Of a stretch of DNA of 64,000 nucleotides, positions 30,001 through 45,000 are shown piece after piece. The position numbers and the translations under genes were made by a program. The stretch covers positions 1,829,344 to 1,893,343 of the forward strand of contig CM082584.2 of assembly GCA_040954595.2 (NCBI GenBank), read 5' to 3'. The notes under the pieces are model-generated. The model saw only the letters and a list, made by a program, of their open reading frames with translations. It had not been told where the DNA came from and made no database searches. Each line of letters opens with the position of its first letter. Within the stretch, counting starts at the first letter, position 1. The DNA is from Balanoglossus misakiensis (lineage: Eukaryota; Animalia; Hemichordata).

Positions 30001-33000
30001 GACAAAATTTTGAGATTTTGCAAAGTCGAAAATTTGTCATTTTTTGATGATTTTCACCAATGTTGTCTTTAAAAAATCGACGAACCCATGATTTTTTTCA
30101 AAATCGACGAAATTTTGAGATTTTGCAAAGTCGAAAATTTTGTCAATTTTGATGATTTTCACCCATGATTTTTTCAAAAATTGACGAAATTTTGAGATTT
30201 TGCAAAGTCGAAAATTTGTCATTTTTTGATGATTTTCACCCATGATTTTTTTAAAAAATCGACGAAATTTTGAGATTTTGCAAAGTCGAAAATCTGTCAT
30301 TTTTTGATGATTTTCACCCATGTTTTTTTTAAAAAAATCGACGAACCTATGATTTTTTTCAAAATCGACGAAATTGTGTGATTTTGCAAACTCGAAAATG
30401 TTGTCATTTTTTGATGATTTTCAACCATGATTTTTTTTCAAAAATCGGCGAAATTTTGAGATTTTGCAAAGTTGAAAATTTTATCATTTTTTGATGATTT
30501 TCACCCATGATTTTTTCAAAAATTGATGAAATTTTGAGATTTTGCAAAGTCGAAAATTTGTCATTTTTTGATGATTTTCACCCATGATTTTTTTTCAAAA
30601 ATGGACGAAATTTTGAGCTTTTGCAAAGTCGAAAATTTTTCATTTTTCGATGATTTTCACCTATGATTTTATTCAAAAATCGACGAAATGTTGAGATTTT
30701 GCAAAGTCGAAAATTTGTCATTTTTTGATGATTTTCACCAATGTTGTTTTTAAAAAATCGACGAACCCATGATTTTTTTCAAAATCGACGAAATTTTGAG
30801 ATTTTGCAAAGTCGAAAATTTGTCATTTTTTGATGATTTTCAACCATTATTTTTTTCAAAAATCGACGAAATTTTGAGATTTTGCAAAGTCGAAAATTTG
30901 TCATTTTTTGATGATTTTCACCAATGTTGTTTTTAAAAAATCGACGAACCCATGATTTTTTTCAAAATCGACGAAATTTTGAGATTTTGCAAAGTCGAAA
31001 ATTTGTCATTTTTTGATGATTTTCAACCATTATTTTTTTTCAAAAATCGACGAAATTTTGAGATTTTGCAAAGTCGAAAATTTGTCATTTTTTGATAATT
31101 TTCACCTATGATTTTTTTCAAAAAAAGACAAAATTTTGAGATTTTGCGAAGTCGAAAATTTTTCATTTTTTGATGATTTTCACCCATGATTTTTTTCAAA
31201 AATCGACGAAATTTTGAGATTTTGCAAAATCGACGAAATTGTGTGATTTTGCAAACTCGAAAATGTTGTCATTTTTTGATGATTTTCAACCATGATTTTT
31301 TTCAAAATCGACGAAATTGTGTGATTTTGCAAACTCGAAAATGTTGTCATTTTTTGATGATTTTCAACCATGATTTTTTTTCAAAAATCGACGAAATTTT
31401 GAGATTTTGCAAAGTCGAAAATTTTGTCATTTTTTGATGATTTTCAACCATGTTTTTTTTAAAAAAATCGACGAACCTATGATTTTTTTCAAAATCGACG
31501 AAATTGTGTGATTTTGCAAACTCGAAAATGTTGTCATTTTTTGATGATTTTCAACCATGATTTTTTTTCAAAAATCGACGAAATTTTGAGATTTTGCAAA
31601 GTTGAAAATTTTGTCATTTTTTGATGATTTTCACCCATGTTTTTTTTAAAAAAATCGACGAACCCATGATTTTTTTCAAAATCGACGAAATTTTGAGATT
31701 TTGCAAAGTCGAAAATTTGTAATTTTTTGATAATTTTCACCTATGATTTTTTTCAAAAAAAGACAAAATTTTGAGATTTTGCAAAGTCGAAAATTTGTCA
31801 TTTTTTGATGATTTTCACCAATGTTGTTTTTAAAAAATCGACGAACCCATGATTTTTTTCAAAATCGACGAAATTTTGAGATTTTGCAAAGTCGAAAATT
31901 TGTCATTTTTTGATGATTTTCAACCATAATTTTTTTCAAAAATCGACGAAATTTTGAGATTTTGCAAAGTCGAAAATTTGTCATTTTTTGATAATTTTCA
32001 CCTATGATTTTTTTCAAAAAAAGACAAAATTTTGAGATTTTGCGAAGTCGAAAATTTTTCATTTTTTGATGATTTTCACCCATGATTTTTTTCAAAAATC
32101 GACGAAATTTTGAGATTTTGCAAAGTCGAAAATTTGTCATTTTTTGATGATTTTCACCCATGATTTTTTTCAAAATTGACGAAATTTTGAGATTTTGCAA
32201 AGTCGAAAATTTGTCATTTTTTGATGATTTTCACCTATGATTTTTTTCAAAAATCGACAAAATTTTGAGATTTTGCAAAGTCGAAAATTTGTCATTTTTT
32301 GATGATTTTCACCCATGATTTGTTTTCAAAAATGGACGAAATTTTGAGATTTTGCAAAGTCGAAAATTTGTCATTTTTTGATGATTTTCACCTATGATTT
32401 TTTTCAAAAATCGACGAAATGTTGAGATTTTGCAAAGTCGAAAATTTGTCATTTTTTGATGATTTTCACCAATGTTGTTTTTGAAAAATCGACGAACCCA
32501 TGATTTTTTTCAAAATCGACGAAATTTTGAGATTTTGCAAAGTCGAAAATTTTGTCATTTTTTGATGATTTTCAACCATGTTTTTTTTAAAAAAATCGAC
32601 GAACCTATGATTTTTTTCAAAATCGACGAAATTGTGTGATTTTGCAAACTCGAAAATGTTGTCATTTTTTGATGATTTTCAACCATGATTTTTTTTCAAA
32701 AATCGACGAAATTTTGAGATTTTGCAAAGTTGAAAATTTTGTCATTTTTTGATAATTTTCACCTATGATTTTTTTCAAAAAAAGACAAAATTTTGAGATT
32801 TTGCGAAGTCGAAAATTTTTCATTTTTTGATGATTTTCACCCATGATTTTTTTCAAAAATGGACGAAATTTTGAGCTTTTGCAAAGTCGAAAATTTGTCA
32901 TTTTTTGATGATTTTCACCCATGATTTTTTTCAAAATTGACGAAATTTTGAGATTTTGCAAAGTCGAAAATTTGTCATTTTTTGATGATTTTCACCTATG

Positions 33001-36000
33001 ATTTTTTTCAAAAATCGACGAAATTTTGAGATTTTGCAAAGTCGAAAATTTGTCATTTTTTGATGATTTTCACCAATGTTGTTTTTAAAAAATCGACGAA
33101 CCCATGATTTTTTTCAAAATCGACGAAATTTTGAGATTTTGCAAAGTCGAAAATTTGTCATTTTTTGATGATTTTCAACCATTATTTTTTTTCAAAAATC
33201 GACGAAATTTTGAGATTTTGCAAAGTCGAAAATTTGTCATTTTTTGATAATTTTCACCTATGATTTTTTTCAAAAAAAGACAAAATTTTGAGATTTTGCG
33301 AAGTCGAAAATTTTTCATTTTTTGATGATTTTCACCCATGATTTTTTTCAAAAATCGACGAAATTTTGAGATTTTGCAAAGTCGAAAATTTGTCATTTTT
33401 TGATGATTTTCACCCATGATTTTTTTCAAAATTGACGAAATTTTGAGATTTTGCAAAGTCGAAAATTTGTCATTTTTTGATGATTTTCACCTATGATTTT
33501 TTTCAAAAATCGACAAAATTTTGAGATTTTGCAAAGTCGAAAATTTGTCATTTTTTGATGATTTTCACCCATGATTTTTTTTCAAAAATGGACGAAATTT
33601 TGAGATTTTGCAAAGTCGAAAATTTGTCATTTTTTGATGATTTTCACCTATGATTTTTTTCAAAAATCGACGAAATGTTGAGATTTTGCAAAGTCGAAAA
33701 TTTGTCATTTTTTGATGATTTTCACCAATGTTGTTTTTAAAAAATCGACGAACCCATGATTTTTTTCAAAATCGACGAAATTTTGAGATTTTGCAAAGTC
33801 GAAAATTTGTAATTTTTTGATAATTTTCACCTATGATTTTTTTCAAAAAAAGACAAAATTTTGAGATTTTGCAAAATCGAAAATTTGTCATTTTTTGATG
33901 ATTTTCACCAATGTTGTTTTTAAAAAATCGACGAACCCATGATTTTTTTCAAAAAAAGACAAAATTTTGAGATTTTGCAAAGTCGAAAATTTGTCATTTT
34001 TTGATGATTTTCACCCATGATTTTTTTCAAAATTGACGAAATTTTGAGATTTTGCAAAGTCGAAAATTTGTCATTTTTTGATGATTTTCACCTATGATTT
34101 TTTTCAAAAATCGACAAAATTTTGAGATTTTGCAAAGTCGAAAATTTGTCATTTTTTGATGATTTTCACCCATGATTTGTTTTCAAAAATGGACGAAATT
34201 TTGAGATTTTGCAAAGTCGAAAATTTGTCATTTTTTGATGATTTTCACCTATGATTTTTTTCAAAAATCGACGAAATGTTGAGATTTTGCAAAGTCGAAA
34301 ATTTGTCATTTTTTGATGATTTTCACCAATGTTGTTTTTGAAAAATCGACGAACCCATGATTTTTTTCAAAATCGACGAAATTTTGAGATTTTGCAAAGT
34401 CGAAAATTTTGTCATTTTTTGATGATTTTCAACCATGTTTTTTTTAAAAAAATCGACGAACCTATGATTTTTTTCAAAATCGACGAAATTGTGTGATTTT
34501 GCAAACTCGAAAATGTTGTCATTTTTTGATGATTTTCAACCATGATTTTTTTTCAAAAATCGACGAAATTTTGAGATTTTGCAAAGTTGAAAATTTTGTC
34601 ATTTTTTGATAATTTTCACCTATGATTTTTTTCAAAAAAAGACAAAATTTTGAGATTTTGCGAAGTCGAAAATTTTTCATTTTTTGATGATTTTCACCCA
34701 TGATTTTTTTCAAAAATGGACGAAATTTTGAGCTTTTGCAAAGTCGAAAATTTGTCATTTTTTGATGATTTTCACCCATGATTTTTTTCAAAATTGACGA
34801 AATTTTGAGATTTTGCAAAGTCGAAAATTTGTCATTTTTTGATGATTTTCACCTATGATTTTTTTCAAAAATCGACGAAATTTTGAGATTTTGCAAAGTC
34901 GAAAATTTGTCATTTTTTGATGATTTTCACCAATGTTGTTTTTAAAAAATCGACGAACCCATGATTTTTTTCAAAATCGACGAAATTTTGAGATTTTGCA
35001 AAGTCGAAAATTTGTCATTTTTTGATGATTTTCAACCATTATTTTTTTTCAAAAATCGACGAAATTTTGAGATTTTGCAAAGTCGAAAATTTGTCATTTT
35101 TTGATAATTTTCACCTATGATTTTTTTCAAAAAAAGACAAAATTTTGAGATTTTGCGAAGTCGAAAATTTTTCATTTTTTGATGATTTTCACCCATGATT
35201 TTTTTCAAAAATCGACGAAATTTTGAGATTTTGCAAAGTCGAAAATTTGTCATTTTTTGATGATTTTCACCCATGATTTTTTTCAAAATTGACGAAATTT
35301 TGAGATTTTGCAAAGTCGAAAATTTGTCATTTTTTGATGATTTTCACCTATGATTTTTTTCAAAAATCGACAAAATTTTGAGATTTTGCAAAGTCGAAAA
35401 TTTGTCATTTTTTGATGATTTTCACCCATGATTTTTTTTCAAAAATGGACGAAATTTTGAGATTTTGCAAAGTCGAAAATTTGTCATTTTTTGATGATTT
35501 TCACCTATGATTTTTTTCAAAAATCGACGAAATGTTGAGATTTTGCAAAGTCGAAAATTTGTCATTTTTTGATGATTTTCACCAATGTTGTTTTTAAAAA
35601 ATCGACGAACCCATGATTTTTTTCAAAATCGACGAAATTTTGAGATTTTGCAAAGTCGAAAATTTGTAATTTTTTGATAATTTTCACCTATGATTTTTTT
35701 CAAAAAAAGACAAAATTTTGAGATTTTGCAAAGTCGAAAATTTGTCATTTTTTGATGATTTTCACCAATGTTGTTTTTAAAAAATCGACGAACCCATGAT
35801 TTTTTTCAAAAAAAGACAAAATTTTGAGATTTTGCAAAGTCGAAAATTTGTCATTTTTTGATGATTTTCACCAATGTTGTTTTTAAAAAATCGACGAACC
35901 CATGATTTTTTTCAAAATCGACGAAATTTTGAGATTTTGCAAAGTCGAAAATTTTGTCAATTTTGATGATTTTCACCCATGATTTTTTCAAAAATTGACG

Positions 36001-39000
36001 AAATTTTGAGATTTTGCAAAGTCGAAAATTTGTCATTTTTTGATGATTTTCACCCATGATTTTTTTAAAAAATCGACGAAATTTTGAGATTTTGCAAAGT
36101 CGAAAATCTGTCATTTTTTGATGATTTTCACCCGTTTTTTTTAAAAAAATCGACGAACCTATGATTTTTTTCAAAATCGACGAAATTGTGTGATTTTGCA
36201 AACTCGAAAATGTTGTCATTTTTTGATGATTTTCAACCATGATTTTTTTTCAAAAATCGACGAAATTTTGAGATTTTGCAAAGTTGAAAATTTTGTCATT
36301 TTTTGATGATTTTCACCCATGATTTTTTCAAAAATTGATGAAATTTTGAGATTTTGCAAAGTCGAAAATTTGTCATTTTTTGATGATTTTCACCCATGAT
36401 TTTTTTTCAAAAATGGACGAAATTTTGAGCTTTTGCAAAGTCGAAAATTTGTCATTTTTTGATGATTTTCACCTATGATTTTTTTCAGAAATCGACGAAA
36501 TGTTGAGATTTTGCAAAGTCGAAAATTTGTCATTTTTTGATGATTTTCACCCATGATTTTTTTCAAAAATCGACGAAATTTTGAGATTTTGCTAAGTCGA
36601 AAATTTGTCATTTTTTGATGATTTTCACCAATGTTGTTTTTAAAAAATCGACGAACCCATGATTTTTTTCAAAATCGACGAAATTTTGAGATTTTGCAAA
36701 GTCGAAAATTTGTCATTTTTTGATGATTTTCAACCATTATTTTTTTTCAAAAATGGACGAAATTTTGAGCTTTTGCAAAGTCGAAAATTTGTCATTTTTT
36801 GATGATTTTCACCTATGATTTTTTTCAAAAATCGACGAAATATTGAGATTTTGCAAAGTCGAAAATTTGTCATTTTTTGATGATTTTCACCAATGTTGTT
36901 TTTAAAAAATCGACGAACCCATGATTTTTTTCAAAATCGACGAAATTTTGAGATTTTGCAAAGTCGAAAATTTGTCATTTTTTGATAATTTTCACCTATG
37001 ATTTTTTTCAAAAAAAGACAAAATTTTGAGATTTTGCAAAGTCGAAAATTTGTCATTTTTTGATGATTTTCACCAATGTTGTCTTTAAAAAATCGACGAA
37101 CCCATGATTTTTTTCAAAATCGACGAAATTTTGAGATTTTGCAAAGTCGAAAATTTTGTCAATTTTGATGATTTTCACCCATGATTTTTTCAAAAATTGA
37201 CGAAATTTTGAGATTTTGCAAAGTCGAAAATTTGTCATTTTTTGATGATTTTCACCCATGATTTTTTTAAAAAATCGACGAAATTTTGAGATTTTGCAAA
37301 GTCGAAAATCTGTCATTTTTTGATGATTTTCACCCATGTTTTTTTTAAAAAAATCGACGAACCTATGATTTTTTTCAAAATCGACGAAATTGTGTGATTT
37401 TGCAAACTCGAAAATGTTGTCATTTTTTGATGATTTTCAACCATGATTTTTTTTCAAAAATCGGCGAAATTTTGAGATTTTGCAAAGTTGAAAATTTTAT
37501 CATTTTTTGATGATTTTCACCCATGATTTTTTCAAAAATTGATGAAATTTTGAGATTTTGCAAAGTCGAAAATTTGTCATTTTTTGATGATTTTCACCCA
37601 TGATTTTTTTTCAAAAATGGACGAAATTTTGAGCTTTTGCAAAGTCGAAAATTTTTCATTTTTCGATGATTTTCACCTATGATTTTATTCAAAAATCGAC
37701 GAAATGTTGAGATTTTGCAAAGTCGAAAATTTGTCATTTTTTGATGATTTTCACCCATGATTTTTTTCAAAAATCGACGAAATTTTGAGATTTTGCAAAG
37801 TCGAAAATTTGTCATTTTTTGATGATTTTCACCAATGTTGTTTTTAAAAAATCGACGAACCCATGATTTTTTTCAAAATCGACGAAATTTTGAGATTTTG
37901 CAAAGTCGAAAATTTGTCATTTTTTGATGATTTTCAACCATTATTTTTTTTCAAAAATCGACGAAATTTTGAGATTTTGCAAAGTCGAAAATTTTGTCAT
38001 TTTTTGATGATTTTCAACCATGTTTTTTTTAAAAAAATCGACGAACCTATGATTTTTTTCAAAATCGACGAAATTGTGTGATTTTGCAAACTCGAAAATG
38101 TTGTCATTTTTTGATGATTTTCAACCATGATTTTTTTTCAAAAATCGACGAAATTTTGAGATTTTGCAAAGTTGAAAATTTTGTCATTTTTTGATAATTT
38201 TCACCTATGATTTTTTTCAAAAAAAGACAAAATTTTGAGATTTTGCGAAGTCGAAAATTTTTCATTTTTTGATGATTTTCACCCATGATTTTTTTCAAAA
38301 ATGGACGAAATTTTGAGCTTTTGCAAAGTCGAAAATTTGTCATTTTTTGATGATTTTCACCCATGATTTTTTTCAAAATTGACGAAATTTTGAGATTTTG
38401 CAAAGTCGAAAATTTGTCATTTTTTGATGATTTTCACCAATGTTGTTTTTAAAAAATCGACGAACCCATGATTTTTTTCAAAATCGACGAAATTTTGAGA
38501 TTTTGCAAAGTCGAAAATTTGTCATTTTTTGATGATTTTCAACCATTATTTTTTTTCAAAAATCGACGAAATTTTGAGATTTTGCAAAGTCGAAAATTTG
38601 TCATTTTTTGATAATTTTCACCTATGATTTTTTTCAAAAAAAGACAAAATTTTGAGATTTTGCGAAGTCGAAAATTTTTCATTTTTTGATGATTTTCACC
38701 CATGATTTTTTTCAAAAATCGACGAAATTTTGAGATTTTGCAAAGTCGAAAATTTGTCATTTTTTGATGATTTTCACCCATGATTTTTTTCAAAATTGAC
38801 GAAATTTTGAGATTTTGCAAAGTCGAAAATTTGTCATTTTTTGATGATTTTCACCTATGATTTTTTTCAAAAATCGACAAAATTTTGAGATTTTGCAAAG
38901 TCGAAAATTTGTCATTTTTTGATGATTTTCACCCATGATTTTTTTTCAAAAATGGACGAAATTTTGAGATTTTGCAAAGTCGAAAATTTGTCATTTTTTG

Positions 39001-42000
39001 ATGATTTTCACCTATGATTTTTTTCAAAAATCGACGAAATGTTGAGATTTTGCAAAGTCGAAAATTTGTCATTTTTTGATGATTTTCACCAATGTTGTTT
39101 TTAAAAAATCGACGAACCCATGATTTTTTTCAAAATCGACGAAATTTTGAGATTTTGCAAAGTCGAAAATTTGTAATTTTTTGATAATTTTCACCTATGA
39201 TTTTTTTCAAAAAAAGACAAAATTTTGAGATTTTGCAAAGTCGAAAATTTGTCATTTTTTGATGATTTTCACCAATGTTGTTTTTAAAAAATCGACGAAC
39301 CCATGATTTTTTTCAAAAAAAGACAAAATTTTGAGATTTTGCAAAGTCGAAAATTTGTCATTTTTTGATGATTTTCACCCATGATTTTTTTCAAAATTGA
39401 CGAAATTTTGAGATTTTGCAAAGTCGAAAATTTGTCATTTTTTGATGATTTTCACCTATGATTTTTTTCAAAAATCGACAAAATTTTGAGATTTTGCAAA
39501 GTCGAAAATTTGTCATTTTTTGATGATTTTCACCCATGATTTGTTTTCAAAAATGGACGAAATTTTGAGATTTTGCAAAGTCGAAAATTTGTCATTTTTT
39601 GATGATTTTCACCTATGATTTTTTTCAAAAATCGACGAAATGTTGAGATTTTGCAAAGTCGAAAATTTGTCATTTTTTGATGATTTTCACCAATGTTGTT
39701 TTTGAAAAATCGACGAACCCATGATTTTTTTCAAAATCGACGAAATTTTGAGATTTTGCAAAGTCGAAAATTTTGTCATTTTTTGATGATTTTCAACCAT
39801 GTTTTTTTTAAAAAAATCGACGAACCTATGATTTTTTTCAAAATCGACGAAATTGTGTGATTTTGCAAACTCGAAAATGTTGTCATTTTTTGATGATTTT
39901 CAACCATGATTTTTTTTCAAAAATCGACGAAATTTTGAGATTTTGCAAAGTTGAAAATTTTGTCATTTTTTGATAATTTTCACCTATGATTTTTTTCAAA
40001 AAAAGACAAAATTTTGAGATTTTGCGAAGTCGAAAATTTTTCATTTTTTGATGATTTTCACCCATGATTTTTTTCAAAAATGGACGAAATTTTGAGCTTT
40101 TGCAAAGTCGAAAATTTGTCATTTTTTGATGATTTTCACCCATGATTTTTTTCAAAATTGACGAAATTTTGAGATTTTGCAAAGTCGAAAATTTGTCATT
40201 TTTTGATGATTTTCACCTATGATTTTTTTCAAAAATCGACGAAATTTTGAGATTTTGCAAAGTCGAAAATTTGTCAATTTTTGATGATTTTCACCAATGT
40301 TGTTTTTAAAAAATCGACGAACCCATGATTTTTTTCAAAATCGACGAAATTTTGAGATTTTGCAAAGTCGAAAATTTGTCATTTTTTGATGATTTTCAAC
40401 CATTATTTTTTTTCAAAAATCGACGAAATTTTGAGATTTTGCAAAGTCGAAAATTTGTCATTTTTTGATAATTTTCACCTATGATTTTTTTCAAAAAAAG
40501 ACAAAATTTTGAGATTTTGCGAAGTCGAAAATTTTTCATTTTTTGATGATTTTCACCCATGATTTTTTTCAAAAATCGACGAAATTTTGAGATTTTGCAA
40601 AGTCGAAAATTTGTCATTTTTTGATGATTTTCACCCATGATTTTTTTCAAAATTGACGAAATTTTGAGATTTTGCAAAGTCGAAAATTTGTCATTTTTTG
40701 ATGATTTTCACCTATGATTTTTTTCAAAAATCGACAAAATTTTGAGATTTTGCAAAGTCGAAAATTTGTCATTTTTTGATGATTTTCACCCATGATTTTT
40801 TTTCAAAAATGGACGAAATTTTGAGATTTTGCAAAGTCGAAAATTTGTCATTTTTTGATGATTTTCACCTATGATTTTTTTCAAAAATCGACGAAATGTT
40901 GAGATTTTGCAAAGTCGAAAATTTGTCATTTTTTGATGATTTTCACCAATGTTGTTTTTAAAAAATCGACGAACCCATGATTTTTTTCAAAATCGACGAA
41001 ATTTTGAGATTTTGCAAAGTCGAAAATTTGTAATTTTTTGATAATTTTCACCTATGATTTTTTTCAAAAAAAGACAAAATTTTGAGATTTTGCAAAGTCG
41101 AAAATTTGTCATTTTTTGATGATTTTCACCAATGTTGTTTTTAAAAAATCGACGAACCCATGATTTTTTTCAAAAAAAGACAAAATTTTGAGATTTTGCA
41201 AAGTCGAAAATTTGTCATTTTTTGATGATTTTCACCAATGTTGTTTTTAAAAAATCGACGAACCCATGATTTTTTTCAAAATCGACGAAATTTTGAGATT
41301 TTGCAAAGTCGAAAATTTTGTCAATTTTGATGATTTTCACCCATGATTTTTTCAAAAATTGACGAAATTTTGAGATTTTGCAAAGTCGAAAATTTGTCAT
41401 TTTTTGATGATTTTCACCCATGATTTTTTTAAAAAATCGACGAAATTTTGAGATTTTGCAAAGTCGAAAATCTGTCATTTTTTGATGATTTTCACCCGTT
41501 TTTTTTAAAAAAATCGACGAACCTATGATTTTTTTCAAAATCGACGAAATTGTGTGATTTTGCAAACTCGAAAATGTTGTCATTTTTTGATGATTTTCAA
41601 CCATGATTTTTTTTCAAAAATCGACGAAATTTTGAGATTTTGCAAAGTTGAAAATTTTGTCATTTTTTGATGATTTTCACCCATGATTTTTTCAAAAATT
41701 GATGAAATTTTGAGATTTTGCAAAGTCGAAAATTTGTCATTTTTTGATGATTTTCACCCATGATTTTTTTTCAAAAATGGACGAAATTTTGAGCTTTTGC
41801 AAAGTCGAAAATTTGTCATTTTTTGATGATTTTCACCTATGATTTTTTTCAGAAATCGACGAAATGTTGAGATTTTGCAAAGTCGAAAATTTGTCATTTT
41901 TTGATGATTTTCACCCATGATTTTTTTCAAAAATCGACGAAATTTTGAGATTTTGCTAAGTCGAAAATTTGTCATTTTTTGATGATTTTCACCAATGTTG

Positions 42001-45000
42001 TTTTTAAAAAATCGACGAACCCATGATTTTTTTCAAAATCGACGAAATTTTGAGATTTTGCAAAGTCGAAAATTTGTCATTTTTTGATGATTTTCAACCA
42101 TTATTTTTTTTCAAAAATGGACGAAATTTTGAGCTTTTGCAAAGTCGAAAATTTGTCATTTTTTGATGATTTTCACCTATGATTTTTTTCAAAAATCGAC
42201 GAAATATTGAGATTTTGCAAAGTCGAAAATTTGTCATTTTTTGATGATTTTCACCAATGTTGTTTTTAAAAAATCGACGAACCCATGATTTTTTTCAAAA
42301 TCGACGAAATTTTGAGATTTTGCAAAGTCGAAAATTTGTCATTTTTTGATAATTTTCACCTATGATTTTTTTCAAAAAAAGACAAAATTTTGAGATTTTG
42401 CAAAGTCGAAAATTTGTCATTTTTTGATGATTTTCACCAATGTTGTCTTTAAAAAATCGACGAACCCATGATTTTTTTCAAAATCGACGAAATTTTGAGA
42501 TTTTGCAAAGTCGAAAATTTTGTCAATTTTGATGATTTTCACCCATGATTTTTTCAAAAATTGACGAAATTTTGAGATTTTGCAAAGTCGAAAATTTGTC
42601 ATTTTTTGATGATTTTCACCCATGATTTTTTTAAAAAATCGACGAAATTTTGAGATTTTGCAAAGTCGAAAATCTGTCATTTTTTGATGATTTTCACCCA
42701 TGTTTTTTTTAAAAAAATCGACGAACCTATGATTTTTTTCAAAATCGACGAAATTGTGTGATTTTGCAAACTCGAAAATGTTGTCATTTTTTGATGATTT
42801 TCAACCATGATTTTTTTTCAAAAATCGGCGAAATTTTGAGATTTTGCAAAGTTGAAAATTTTATCATTTTTTGATGATTTTCACCCATGATTTTTTCAAA
42901 AATTGATGAAATTTTGAGATTTTGCAAAGTCGAAAATTTGTCATTTTTTGATGATTTTCACCCATGATTTTTTTTCAAAAATGGACGAAATTTTGAGCTT
43001 TTGCAAAGTCGAAAATTTTTCATTTTTCGATGATTTTCACCTATGATTTTATTCAAAAATCGACGAAATGTTGAGATTTTGCAAAGTCGAAAATTTGTCA
43101 TTTTTTGATGATTTTCACCCATGATTTTTTTCAAAAATCGACGAAATTTTGAGATTTTGCAAAGTCGAAAATTTGTCATTTTTTGATGATTTTCACCAAT
43201 GTTGTTTTTAAAAAATCGACGAACCCATGATTTTTTTCAAAATCGACGAAATTTTGAGATTTTGCAAAGTCGAAAATTTGTCATTTTTTGATGATTTTCA
43301 ACCATTATTTTTTTTCAAAAATCGACGAAATTTTGAGATTTTGCAAAGTCGAAAATTTGTCATTTTTTGATGATTTTCACCCATGATTTTTTTCAAAAAT
43401 CGACGAAATTTTGAGATTTTGCAAAGTCGAAAATTTGTCATTTTTTGATGATTTTCACCAATGTTGTTTTTAAAAAATCGACGAACCCATGATTTTTTTC
43501 AAAATCGACGAAATTTTGAGATTTTGCAAAGTCGAAAATTTGTCATTTTTTGATGATTTTCAACCATTATTTTTTTTCAAAAATCGACGAAATTTTGAGA
43601 TTTTGCAAAGTCGAAAATTTGTCATTTTTTGATAATTTTCACCTATGATTTTTTTCAAAAAAAGACAAAATTTTGAGATTTTGCGAAGTCGAAAATTTTT
43701 CATTTTTTGATGATTTTCACCCATGATTTTTTTCAAAAATCGACGAAATTTTGAGATTTTGCAAAGTCGAAAATTTGTCATTTTTTGATGATTTTCACCC
43801 ATGATTTTTTTCAAAAATCGACGAAATTTTGAGATTTTGCAAAGTCGAAAATTTGTCATTTTTTGATGATTTTCACCCATGATTTTTTTCAAAAATCGAC
43901 GAAATTTTGAGATTTTGCAAAGTCGAAAATTTGTCATTTTTTGATGATTTTCACCAATGTTGTTTTTAAAAAATCGACGAACCCATGATTTTTTTCAAAA
44001 TCGACGAAATTTTGAGATTTTGCAAAGTCGAAAATTTGTCATTTTTTGATGATTTTCAACCATTATTTTTTTTCAAAAATCGACGAAATTTTGAGATTTT
44101 GCAAAGTCGAAAATTTGTCATTTTTTGATAATTTTCACCTATGATTTTTTTCAAAAAAAGACAAAATTTTGAGATTTTGCGAAGTCGAAAATTTTTCATT
44201 TTTTGATGATTTTCACCCATGATTTTTTTCAAAAATCGACGAAATTTTGAGATTTTGCAAAGTCGAAAATTTGTCATTTTTTGATGATTTTCACCCATGA
44301 TTTTTTTCAAAAATCGACGAAATTTTGAGATTTTGCAAAGTCGAAAATTTGTCATTTTTTGATGATTTTCACCAATGTTGTTTTTAAAAAATCGACGAAC
44401 CCATGATTTTTTTCAAAATCGACGAAATTTTGAGATTTTGCAAAGTCGAAAATTTGTCATTTTTTGATGATTTTCAACCATTATTTTTTTTCAAAAATCG
44501 ACGAAATTTTGAGATTTTGCAAAGTTGAAAATTTTGTCATTTTTTGATGATTTTCACCCATGATTTTTTCAAAAATTGATGAAATTTTGAGATTTTGCAA
44601 AGTCGAAAATTTGTCATTTTTTGATGATTTTCACCCATGATTTTTTTTCAAAAATGGACGAAATTTTGAGCTTTTGCAAAGTCGAAAATTTGTCATTTTT
44701 TGATAATTTTCACCTATGATTTTTTTCAAAAAAAGACAAAATTTTGAGATTTTGCGAAGTCGAAAATTTTTCATTTTTTGATGATTTTCACCCATGATTT
44801 TTTTCAAAAATCGACGAAATTTTGAGATTTTGCAAAGTCGAAAATTTGTCATTTTTTGATGATTTTCACCCATGATTTTTTTCAAAATTGACGAAATTTT
44901 GAGATTTTGCAAAGTCGAAAATTTGTCATTTTTTGATGATTTTCACCCATGATTTTTTTTCAAAAATCGACGAAATTTTGAGATTTTGCAAAGTCTAAAA

